From positions 1,302,001 to 1,366,000 of the forward strand of contig CAVNZM010000006.1 in assembly GCA_963693365.1 (NCBI GenBank): a stretch of 64,000 bases of DNA, written 5' to 3'. Under the pieces are notes generated by a model. That model was not told the DNA's origin and ran no database searches. It saw nothing but the letters and a program-made list of their open reading frames with translations. Made by a program: the position numbers and the translations under genes. This stretch comes from Amoebidium appalachense (lineage: Eukaryota > Protista > Ichthyosporea). Shown here one piece after another: positions 9,509 to 24,583 of this stretch; position 1 is the stretch's first letter, and the number at the start of each line of letters is the position of its first letter.

Positions 9509-11858
9509 GGGGGGGGAGGGTAGGACGGAAGGGAGGAGGAGGGGGAGAAAAGGAAGGGTAGCCGTTGTCAGAAAACCAAAGCCGGGTGAACGGCTTCACA
9601 GCAGGGCATCAGACGAGAACAGTCTATGTACGATGGATAGGCTCCGGAAGCAGTATGTTTGTGTGGCGGGAGTGATTACGTGTGTGTGGAAGGGGGATGG
9701 GGGGGGGGGGGGGGGGGGGGGGGGAAGGACTTGGCGAGAGTGAGCTAATGGGGAGGATGGTTGGCCATACAGGTTCCTGGGGTGAAAACCACGATGACAG
9801 AGTTGAATAGATTTATAGGGGGCTCAGGGTGGGGGGAGGGGGGGGGATGCACGTGACGTGTAGTCAATCATATCATACCCTAAATGCCGTCAGGTCGTTG
9901 GCATCCTTCCACATCTGATTGTTGAGAAGGAGCATCAGGCGATTCTGTTGGGGGAGGTGGGTAGGTATGGGGAGGGAGGGAGGGGGGGGGGGGGGGGGGG
10001 AGGAAGGGTAATGTTATCAACCATACTAATTACGAACTGGCAACGTTTGCTGGTCTGTAGAATATTAGGTGCCCAATTGGTTCAAGATGAAGTGTGGGGA
10101 ATCAGTAGCAGGAGATTCAACGCAGATGCAAAGCCCTGTGGGGTGGGGTGGTTGGGGCATAAAACGTGAACAGGGCAACATGCAGAAGTGAGGGGGGTAG
10201 GAGTGCAGGTGGGAAAGGGGCGATCCGATCAGGTTTAATGGTGAGGGTGGGTGGGGCCCCTTGGAGGGGGAGGGAGGGGGGGGGGGGGGGGAGGGGGGGG
10301 GGGGGGGGGGGGGGGCATCATGGCGGTTATGTGTGCTGGAAGGTGAAGTGAGTTCTGGGAGATGAGGACCCGCAGGGGGGGAGGGGGGAGGGGGGGGGGG
10401 GGTATTACGGGGAACTGTGGGTCCTGGACCTCATCCAGCGTGAAGCTGCGGCGGCGAAGACGGGCCAAGGCTGCAGGGTCATTGACTAGGTTGTCAAGGG
10501 GGAGGGACTGCGCGGGGGGAGGGGGGGGGGAGGGGGGGGGGGGGAGTAAATGTTAAGGTGATGCCGTTTCGGTGCCAAAATCAATGCACCCACATGCACG
10601 TGGACATGTGCAGATGGGTGGGTGTGTGCATGCGGTGGAAAATGGTGGTGGTAAGCATGTGCCTGGGTGTGCAAGTGTGCATGCGCCTGTGTGAAGTTCA
10701 TGAGGCTGAGCATTAACCAAAAAAAAAAAAAAAAAAAAACGTAGCATCGGATGAATGTATGTGCTGGCAAGTTACCATGTTTTTGATGGTGTGTGTACGA
10801 TTTGTATGCGTAGAGGGTAGGAGGGAAGGCGGTTACCTTAGGCAGTTTGTTCCCCAGGCCGTAAAGAACATTAGAGGGGCAGTTGCATTTCCCACCATAG
10901 CTGGATGGGGCACATGCTAAAATTAGAAAGTACTCCCTCTGAGCCATCACTTGCTACCTTAATGAACACCGGACACATAGAAGTAAGACAATCGAGTATT
11001 CCTATACATAGATGCCTCCAGTCACATGTACTGCCTTTCTTACATAAAAAGAACCCCCCAAAAAAGAATAGAAATAATTCCAAAAACCAATTGCAAATGT
11101 GGACAGACTCGGCAACTTCAGAGAAACAACAGAATGCCCCTTTTAGAGTTCATGGCTGATGGGTGGAGAGGGCGGGTGGGCGGGGGAGAGGGTGGGTGAC
11201 CCACATAAGTACAGGATGAAACAAGTACAGTATGAACTACCCCTGGATCATTTTCTGCAGGTTTTAGGGAGAAAACAGCAAGTGGAGTGATTCATATATA
11301 AGTGCTAGTGTGTGTGTGGTGGGTGTGGGGATGGGGATGGTGGGGGATGGGGATGGTGGGGGGTGGGGTGGTGGGGGGAAGGGGGGAAGATAAAGCACGC
11401 ACCACTCGGACTGAGTCATGACCTTGAACTGAGCAACCACCCCGGTGTTGTCTGGGTTGGCTGGGTCCTGTCCGGCACAATTGAACTCCATGCAGGGCCT
11501 GTGTGTGCGTATATGTGTGTCAGGTGGTGAGTTTGAAATAATGTGTAGTAATGCTCCACAAGAATGGGCGAATTGAACTCCATGCAGGGCCTGTGTGTGC
11601 GTATATGTGTGTCAGGTGGTGAGCTTGAAATAATGTGTAGTAATGCTCCACAAGAATGGGCGAATTTTGACTCGGTCGGGCAATGGGTATGCACATCAGC
11701 ATGTGAGCGAATCAGAGGAGAGGGGCTTTCATGGGGAGCAGAGCGGCAGAGAGACAGACCGGCCGGGGGGAATTGTGTGATTTTAGCCGTGTGCTAGTTG
11801 TGCATGTTATTATTGGTTGGGAGAAGGTGGGTATGGCTTGTTTTCACTTTTTCGTCTT

Positions 11859-11906
<48 letters not shown>

Positions 11907-12422
11907 GGTTGGTTGTGTGATTACAGCTGTGTGCTAGTTGTGCATGCTATTCATGGTTGGGATGAGGCGGGATTGGCATGTTTTTGCTTCGTTTTGGGGG
12001 GGGGTGGGGGGAGGGGGAGGGAGGGTAGGGGGGAGGATACCCGTCCGGACCAGTGTTTCTGACGATGCAAGTCTTGCCCGCAACTGAAGCAAAGTCTGTG
12101 GGTGGCAAGAGAGGATGGTAAATGACAAAGGCAGAAGACCCGATGTAAGGTGGGGGGGAGGGGGTGGGGTGAAGGGGGGGGGGGGGGAAGGTGTTTTCTT
12201 ATAGACGGGTTTCAACCGAGGGGGCATTGGGGCACACTTTTATGTCAGAAAGTTTACTGACACTTTTCCTTCGCCTTCATATCTTCCTTTTCTTTCCATC
12301 CGCTCTTTTCTCTTTTTCATTTTTTGGGGAATAGGGAGCTTGGGGGTGGGTGGGCGGGGGATATGGATGGGGGTGGGATCAATGTAGGGGGTTCTTATTC
12401 GTTTCCGATATTTTAGTTCTCC

Positions 12423-12458
<36 letters not shown>

Positions 12459-12991
12459 TTGGGGAGGGGGGGGGGGGGGGATGGAGCTGAAGGAAGGGGG
12501 TGGAGAGGGGGTGGGGGGAAGAGTCCGTGACGTGGAGAGTTCAGCCTCGTTTGAGGGGGAAGTGATACCTTATCTGGGATGGGTATGCTGGGGGATTGGT
12601 GTTGTAAGGTGCAGGTAGGGGAAAGAGGGGGGTAAGAGTGAATGCATACCGATGATGACGTCACTGCGCTGGGCGGGATGCATGAAGAGCTCCTCTGTGG
12701 TCACCACACCAATCGAACGCGAGAAAAGTCCTGGTTTTAGCCATACATGGTTAGGCATGCCCTTGCACCATTGGCTTTTTCATTTTCTTAGCAGTTAAAT
12801 TTGTGTGAGTAAATAGCAGTTGCGCTGATAATCTCATTTCCTTTTTTTCGTCTCCGTTCATGTGACGTCGAAAAGGGGAGGGGAAGAGAGCTGCAATAAT
12901 CTATTATCAAGATCAAAACAACTGAAGGATTGAGAAGAATTTTGTGAATGCATGTACACTGGGAGCAGGTCGGAGAGAGTGTTGTGTGTGT

Positions 12992-13027
<36 letters not shown>

Positions 13028-13232
13028 GGGGGGGGGGGGGGGGGGGGGGGGGATGGGAGAGATGGACACCGCCATCGGAGCCGATGATGTTAAAGGGCAG
13101 CTGTTGGCCCTCGCAGTCAATGTGCAGCTTAAAGAAACGCGAGTTTGCGGCATCGAGTATGCGGAACCGGTACTGGCGCGGCTGAACGGTCAGGGTGGGC
13201 CTGTGGTTGTCGTACGGTTTTTTTTTTTTTTT

Positions 13233-13293
<61 letters not shown>

Positions 13294-13374
13294 GTTAGAG
13301 ATATGTTGGGGTTGAAGGACATGTTAACACTGTGAAGGGGACGGTGGAAGCGTAAAGCCGGCATGGGATGATTT

Positions 13375-13410
<36 letters not shown>

Positions 13411-13513
13411 CGTTGTTGGTTTTTTCTTTGTTGGGGTGGGTGTGGGGTGGGGAATGATCTACGGACCAGACTGTTTTTTTCCTTTTTTCTTTCTTTCTTT
13501 CTTTCTTTCTTTT

Positions 13514-13557
<44 letters not shown>

Positions 13558-14261
13558 CTACGAACCAGACTTTGCCGTTGACCAGGATTGCATTGCCAAA
13601 GAACTCAGGGACAACGGAGGGGTTGGGAAGGCCTGTGGATGAGAAATTTACCAAAAGGCAACATTTATGTTTTCACCGCCCATACACAGAGACAGAACGA
13701 TGCTGCTCCGTGCATCCGGCGTTTGGGCCGAGAACTACCACAACACAGTTTGGTGGACCAAAGCCGAGAGCCGTGGGGAAAGAGGGAGGTGAAGGGGAAG
13801 CGAAAATTGGGTGGGTCTAAAAGTGACGGGGGCAGTGTGTTCAAAGACGGAGAGCGGTCTAATGGTGAAGCAGAGAGGACAAAGACGGGGAGAATGGGCG
13901 AAAAACTGTTTTGGTGTATTTGCGGGGGGGGGGGGGGGGGGGGGGGGGGGGAGGAGGGGGGGGGGGGGGGGGGGGGGGGTAGAAAGGAGGAAAGAAAAGG
14001 GGGAAGGGAGGGGTTTGCAAGGAAGGAAGGCGGGAACTGAGGGTAAGGGAGGAGGTGGGGGGAGCCCGAGGGGGGTGGGGCTCATTGCAGATGGCTGGGT
14101 GGAGGTGTGGGAGTAGGGAGGGAGGAAGAGGTGGGGGAGAGGGCGGGGGAGGGGGGGGGAGGGGGGAGTCATACCCTCAACACATGCAGGGTCTACGGGG
14201 CCATAGAGCTGCTCTGCACAGTTAGCCGGGTAGAAGAGATCTCCGGACTGCTTGAAGGCCC

Positions 14262-14301
<40 letters not shown>

Positions 14302-14347
14302 GTTAGTGGAGGGGGGATAATAGGCATCTGTATTTAATACTGAAAAA

Positions 14348-14414
<67 letters not shown>

Positions 14415-14916
14415 GGGGGGATGGTTTTTTTTTGAGGGGGGGGGGGGGGGTGCGCGTGTGTGTGTATGTGTGTGCACGTAAAGGGCAGGGGGTGGTTAGT
14501 AGGGCAGGGGGTGGTTAGTGGGGGGGGGGGGGGGATAATAGGAATCTGTATTTAATACTGAAAAACAGTGTATGTGTGCGTGTGTCTGTTTGGGGGGAGG
14601 GGGGGGGGGGGGGGGGGAGGGGGGGATGTTTTTTTTTTTTTTTTTTTTTTTGTGGGGGGGGGGGGGGGGGGGGGGGATATATCAGGCATCTCAGAGCTAC
14701 TGATATTAAAAAGACGGAGTGAAGCTCTGACAGATGCATTCACAAGGTAAGAGGGAGTTTAGGGGGGGGAGAAAACTCCACAAGGGCAGAATCCGAGGGG
14801 GAAACATGGAGCATACGGTTCGAAGAATAATTTTTAAGGCCCGGAGAGTTTGAGATAATAGTCGTGCCTAGAGGGGATAAGACTTTAGGAGGTAGAAAAG
14901 GGGTAGAGGGGGGAGT

Positions 14917-14948
<32 letters not shown>

Positions 14949-15414
14949 GAAGGGAGGGGGGGTGGAGGGGGGGGGGAGAAGGGGGGCTGGTGCAGACCTG
15001 TCGACGATAGCAAATGGAATTTCACAGCCACCCCTGCTGGGGGGTTTGAAGAATGCGGGAGGCAGGGCACTCCTCTCGGCAGCATCCCGGATAAAGTAGA
15101 AACCAGCCAGACCTGTGATAGGGTGTGAATGCCATAGTGTGCATGTGCATGTATGCTCAAACTTGAAAATGTGTGGCTGTGTTGAACATCGTGCGTGTAG
15201 GCTGTGTTGAACATCGTGCGTGTAGGTGTTGAGGCTAGTTCGGGTGGTGTTGTGTGTGATTTAAACTGTGGGTTCAAAGCAGTGGGGAGGAAGGAAGTAC
15301 TATAAATTGAAGTCGGACCTTTAAGCAACACCGGATACCTATTGAGATTGAAAAAGGTGTGTGGTCGGGGATTGCGTAAGGGGAGGCATGAACGAGAACG
15401 AGAAGGCATTGTGT

Positions 15415-15469
<55 letters not shown>

Positions 15470-16137
15470 GAATTGTGGTTGGACCTGCGTAGACATTGAG
15501 GCGGGTGATGCCGAGGGCATGGTCGTGGTAGAAGTCGGTCGTGGCCCTCTGAGTGTTGCTGTGGGTGTGTAACCTTTAAGTTATTTTCTGCCACCGTGTG
15601 TGTGTGTGTGTGTGTGTGTATGCGTGCATACGTGCGCAGACATATCGCGGTGTGGATGCTCGTTTTTAATGATTATGTGTACATGACAGTGGTGCTTGGG
15701 TATCCAGCGAACATCATGACAGGCAAAAGGGCAAAAATCCCAGATGGAGGTTATATTGGTGTACCCACATGACCAACGGATATGGTGGGACAGAGAGAGA
15801 GAGAGAGGGAGAGGGCGCAGACCGGTTAGCACAAGGGACGGGAACGGGGGCACTGGGAGGGATTGAGGAAAAGGTGAGAGAAAGGGAGAGGAGGAGGGGA
15901 GAGGCGAGGAGAGGGGGAAGGCAGTGCCGGGGGCTGGGGAACAAAGCGGGGACTAGAAAATTTGGACAGAGGAAGTGTGCAGGAATGTGCCCACGTACTC
16001 GTAAAAGAGGCTCTCCGTGTCTGAGGCCCTCATGCGGCCAGCGGCCGGGCAGCCAGGGGGGTGATGGCTTTGGGGGCACCCACTGGGACCTTGAAGAGCT
16101 CAGCATAGCCGTCATAGCGGGCATCCGTGTGGCCTGG

Positions 16138-16198
<61 letters not shown>

Positions 16199-18354
16199 TA
16201 GAACTTCATATGCGGGGCAGGCAGGTACAGGCCGCTAAATTGATATGAACGCGTGCACGATACATTAATTGTTTTATCATGCAGGGACAGAATCATGGTT
16301 TGTATAATAGGCATACACATGCAAACACACAGCTAAACATACACGTGCAAACACACACCTCCGTGTTGATGCACCACTGTGCGCACCTCCGGGCAGCCCT
16401 CAGGCCCGTGGAGGGTCTTGTCCACAGGAAGGAAATGACTGGTCGGTAGGCGGTTGGTGATTTTCACTGTGTGTTTTGATTGATTAGCTCTGCGGCATGT
16501 GGGCCATGGGGCGCGATATAATGATTCAGCAAGAAGCCGCCAACACAGATAGGTTGCCTTGACTTGGGCATATGATCTTACATGTATAAATCAGATCACT
16601 TGAGTGTATATTGAGTGAACTTAGGCATACAGCACTATTACGTCTTCAATTTAACATGAGCAGCGGTTTTTCGGGCCAAAAACAAATGTTATGATAGAGA
16701 TGGGGGGCTGTAATGGGTACATTTTATTTTTCTTTTCTTTTTTTTTTTTTTTTTGGGGGGGGGGGGGGGAAGGGGGGGGGGGGGGGGGGAGGGGGGGGGA
16801 TAGGAAGGGGACACATGTATTTATGATTGAAGTTGATGAGTGGTTTGCGCCCACATTGGAAAGTGGCTGTAGGAAAAGCAAGGGGAAATGTGGGGAAAGG
16901 GGATCCGAGAGGGAGTGACGGAGTGGTTCATTCACCATTGATAACCTTGTTAGCCTCAACCTCAAAGGAGTCTGCAGGGAACTTGCCGTTGTAGCCCCAA
17001 AGGAGAGTCGGCCCCAGCTCACTGCAATGTGTGCGTGTGCATGAGTATGCCATGTATATTGTTGAACGTGGTGTGTGAGGTGTGCCCGTGTGCGTGTGGT
17101 GGTGGCAGTGGTGTGTGGTGGTGGTGGTTTGTGTGTGTGTGTTTTAAGAGGGGGGGGGAGGGGGGGAGGATGTGTGTTGGGGGGGGAGAGGGCAACAGGT
17201 CAGAGAACGGTCTTATAGAGCTACGCATACAGGCGTTTTAGGTAAACATACCCTGGGTGACCATGAAAACCTTGGGACCATATGATTCAGCAATGAGATG
17301 CCTTAGGAATTCAAAGTGCCACGGTGGCGGAGGCCGCCACCACGCCCCGGCGCTGGGAGAGGGGGGGGGGGGGGGGGGGGGAGGAGGGGGAGGGGGGGGG
17401 GGGGGGGGGGGGGCTAGGCATAGGTTTGCCGGAAGTAGCCTCTACCCATAACAAAACATCGGGACCATATATATTATGAAAGCAATTACTAGACACATCC
17501 AGTCCCCACCTGTGCAGCTGCTGCCTGAACTGCACCTCGTTGAGCTGATAGATCGGAATCCTGCCAGGGGTTGTGATCTGGCCATGGCGCCTGGCACGGG
17601 GGGCATCTCCGCTCTGTTTGTCCTCGACCAGCTTGAGCAGTGTTGCGGTGTCGTTGTTGGTCACCGCTTGCTGCATGGGCCCCGGTGCGGACCCGAAGTT
17701 GTACGGTTTTGTGCGATCGTAAAACGGAATTCTGTTAGGACAGCGACCGCGGATAAAGTCGTTGGTGAAGATAGAGCTGCAGTCGACAGAGGAAGAGGAT
17801 TGCTGCACCCCGGGAAACGGAAGTGGGTCGATGAACTTGGTGAGTGTGCGGGTGTCAAGCACGCCTGGGGGCAGATTGTCCTGGGCAGCTGCAGGTATTT
17901 TGCGAGCCATCATAGTTAGTTGTTGGTTGTAGAAGGCATGAATATTAGATGGGCAATGTATCGAACCCATTTCACCATAACAAAAGTGCCCAGAGTTGTT
18001 AGTGGTGGTGGTGGTAAGGGGAGGGGGGAGAAGAGGGGCCGGGGGTGGCGGAGGCGGAGAAGGGGGGATGCCGCAAAGATAAATACACGGAATATAAGTA
18101 ACCGTTACTGATCATGAGAGAGTCGTGTCATACTATGTACGCATGTGGGGGCATCGACATTGCGTCGTCCCTAGAGTATTATATGCGATGTGGTCATGGC
18201 TGGAGGAAGTTGTCACTACTGGCCTTGGCCACACATGTTGCGCAAGGGGCCTTCATCTAGCTATCGAGTATCATCAGGGCATTGGGGGCTACATGCCTGC
18301 GTTCCTGGCGGAAGCTAGCGCCGTAATGGCGCACAGGAGTTTGAAGCTGACCAT
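8234..18354 (-). CDS. Multi-exon multicopper oxidase, CotA/bilirubin oxidase/LPR1-like, probably secreted
   Basis: Exons give TLTKFIDPLPFP (17510-17888), LWGYNGKFP (16936-17021), VVHQHG (about 16359-16466), GHTDARYDG, DFYHDHALGITRLNVYAG (about 15485-15558), LAGFYFIRD, PEFFGNAILVNGKVWP, RQYRFRILDAANSRFF, IGSDGG, THPIHLHLVQF (about 9270-9435), YQWHCHILEHEDHE (8845-8941) and MMHPYSIVPLP* (8234-8269). All four copper-binding motifs are present. The first exon (18297-18354) is inferred, and there is one apparent frameshift at about 16056. Confidence 0.9.
11479..11666. repeat. 92-bp tandem duplication spanning an intron/exon boundary of the oxidase
   Basis: AATTGAACTCCATGCAGGGCCTGTGTGTGCG...CAAGAATGGGCG occurs at 11479 and 11571. 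Confidence 0.9.
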
Positions 18355-20007
18355 CGTGCCGTGTAGTTATGCGAACCGCCGGATATCTCACGAAGCCCGA
18401 GTCTTGGTTGCTGCTTACGCTTGGTTTCAGCAGTGAAGTGAATGCTGCCTGCACTGTGAAGGTGTACATGTAGCGGTGCTGCTTATATACTCTTGTCTCG
18501 GTGGTTTGGCAGCTTTGACAATAGTGCTCAAGAAAAAAACTTGATAGGTATCTGTGTCTATGGCCAAATGTTTTGGACAAGTGTGCCTATCTGGTGGCTC
18601 CATGCAGCTCCCACTTGGTCGCTATTTCGTACTTCCCACGTGCACACGTGTGTACAAGAGTGTGCAGACGTGCATGCATCCTCAAGCTTGGACGCGTACA
18701 TATGACATGAACACATTTGTAACAGTCTCCGGATACAAGTACAGAAGCAAGGACCCCTGGGAGCGCGCGGGACTGGCCATGGGAACGCAGATAATAAACA
18801 CGTCATCATACAGTATTTATATGTATACATGCTGCTGATCAACAGATACCGTATTGATATGTATCATATGACATCACTGCTGTGAGCTCTTATGTACGGT
18901 ATGTAACTGGGTCTCTCCAAAGTTTCCAAACAGCCATGGCCATGTCATAACTTTATTGCTAAGGCTGCGGGTTTTACGAATGTAAACTGACACCCATGCT
19001 CTATGTTGGTGCTGACAGCTTCCTCTGCTCATGACGGGGGTGCAACGCTGCGAGTCTCAGGCTCTCACTCTCTCTCAGGCTAAGTAGTAGTAAGTACCGC
19101 TTGGTGATTGGTCGCCCGGACCATGTATTGACATGGATCCAGATCCAAAGATCCTATAGGAGATTGAGAGCCAATCATTGAGAGCCAATCCATTAGATCT
19201 AGATTTTATCTCTAGTCGATCTAGTTCCTCTGTAACAGCTCTAAATGCTGTACCTTACGGTCACACTTTCTTTTACCCACAATGCAAATGTCAGACCAAA
19301 TAAAAATGTTTCCGCTTTACACAATTGCATTATGAACACCATCTATTTGCATCAATCCGTGCCGGCGAAGCACCGTGGAAACACTCGATTATGATTATTG
19401 TATTCACGGCAGCACATTGTTATCATGGCCCCAGTGGCCATATGCATGCATATGGCTACTGGGCCTAGAGCCTACTGGGCCGTGCTTCGACTCCATATGC
19501 AGCCAAGTCAAGCAGGCAGTAGGGTCCGCGACAGGCTCACGTGGGGTGGCCATGGGTGCGGCAGAAATCAAGCAACCAGACTAAGTGACACTGAGAACAA
19601 CGGCAGAGTGACATGCGAGCTCGCGCATGTGGTACGCAAGTGAGAGGCAGAGTAGAGCGTGACTGAGAACGAACGTGGGCATGAACGAAGGTGGGCATGT
19701 GTGTTAACAATATGTGATCCCTAGGGGGAAAACGTACGGCCGCGGACTGGGGGAATTTCTAGCCGGTGGAGGCACATAGCCTCCTTATCTGAATTCGAAG
19801 ATAAGAGGCCTTGCAATTGTGGAGGCAGCACATGTACGCGTGCAGATATTTATTAAAGGGAGCTTCGGATCCCAAAAAGGATGCCACGGCCATATGCATG
19901 GTCAGCCGTGCATGGGTTCGCACATTCGTGGGTGCACGTGGTTGGGTGGCTAGCTGCCAGGTGGTGGGTTAACAACAAGTGGTGGTGTTAACGTTGGTGA
20001 ATGCGGG

Positions 20008-23220
<3,213 letters not shown>

Positions 23221-23434
23221 GTGAGCTGGAAGATGTATGTGTGATTGTGTGCATGCGTGCATACATGCGACGTGTGTCCATTCCTCAGCTTGCTTGTGCT
23301 TCGGACTCCCTACTATCTCTCTCCTGGCAGGCTATTTATTAGTCTGGGTGTGAATGTGACGTGTGCCACTGTGTCTAACACGTACTGACGTGTTGCCGCA
23401 CGTGCGACGTTTTAACATCTACTCAGGCGGCTTT

Positions 23435-23473
<39 letters not shown>

Positions 23474-23581
23474 AGACACCGCCTCAGTAGGTGGTAGCCA
23501 CTGTGTATGGAGTTTGCGAATATATCTGCGTATGTTTCGGGTCTGTGTGTCAACATTTGTGTGTGCACCTGTGTACATGAG

Positions 23582-23615
<34 letters not shown>

Positions 23616-24583
23616 TTCCCCCGGTGTTAAAATTTGGAAACGTGTGTGACAGAGCTACAGGCCACAGTGTGTGGTAGGCACATGACATTAGATAGGATGG
23701 GTTGGATGTTGCTCCCTGGACGTGAAAGTTGGTCTGGGCGGGAGGAAGCTAACATGGGTATGTATACTTTAGTGCCCTCCAGTCCAAGTCCTACAACACA
23801 GTAGCTTTTTGATTGGCTTATTGGAGCTCGCCTGGGAGCACGGCCATCTAGAAACACCTCTAGATGGCCGTGCCTGGGAGAAAGGTGTAGTGGAAATTTT
23901 TGGAATCCTGTCTCGCCGGCCAACACGTGCTCCTCGTCAAGGTTACTTTGGCGCATGCCATCTGACTCAGCTGAGGCAGCCGGACAATCCTTCATGTGCG
24001 ATGTGAGGCTCTGCGAGCCACGCGATTGGTGCACCTAAATCGATTGAATAGCACGAAAGTTTGAATCTTAGATTAACCAATCAAAAGACCATCTGGCACC
24101 AATAAGCAAATCAGAATTATTCTTGGCACACTTTCGAAATTCTACCTGTAAATACAATTCAACAATCTGTTTTCAAGTCAACATTGTACAACCGTCAACC
24201 AGCCTAAACTACTGTAGGGAGCTGAAGACACAGTCGTTCTTTATATTAGTCATTGCTGATTCAAGACTTGTCGTGTTGCAGCTACAACATTAGAAGATTT
24301 CAGCCCCAGGGCAGGCGTAGGCTTATTGTAGTGAGAGCCGCCAAGATAAATGGTATTTGATGTTTACTGTTTGCCACACCCAATTCATTTGCAGACTCCG
24401 TACTCTCAGTTGACATTATAACCTTTAACATCAATTCAGAAAAGTTATAGCCTCTACAGCCTGAAAAACATATCTTCTCCTATCGAAAACGTTAAGAAAC
24501 GCCTGAAGAAAACACGTTATTCCGCCAATGCTCTTCACCAACGTAGGTAGGAGCACGGGTGTCGTGTTACAGTAGGTACGAGG

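Noticed and set aside
18250-18280. CTGATGA on the minus strand as a hammerhead core
   Set aside because: It is followed by GAAG rather than GAAA and has no convincing stems. It lies in the inferred first oxidase intron.
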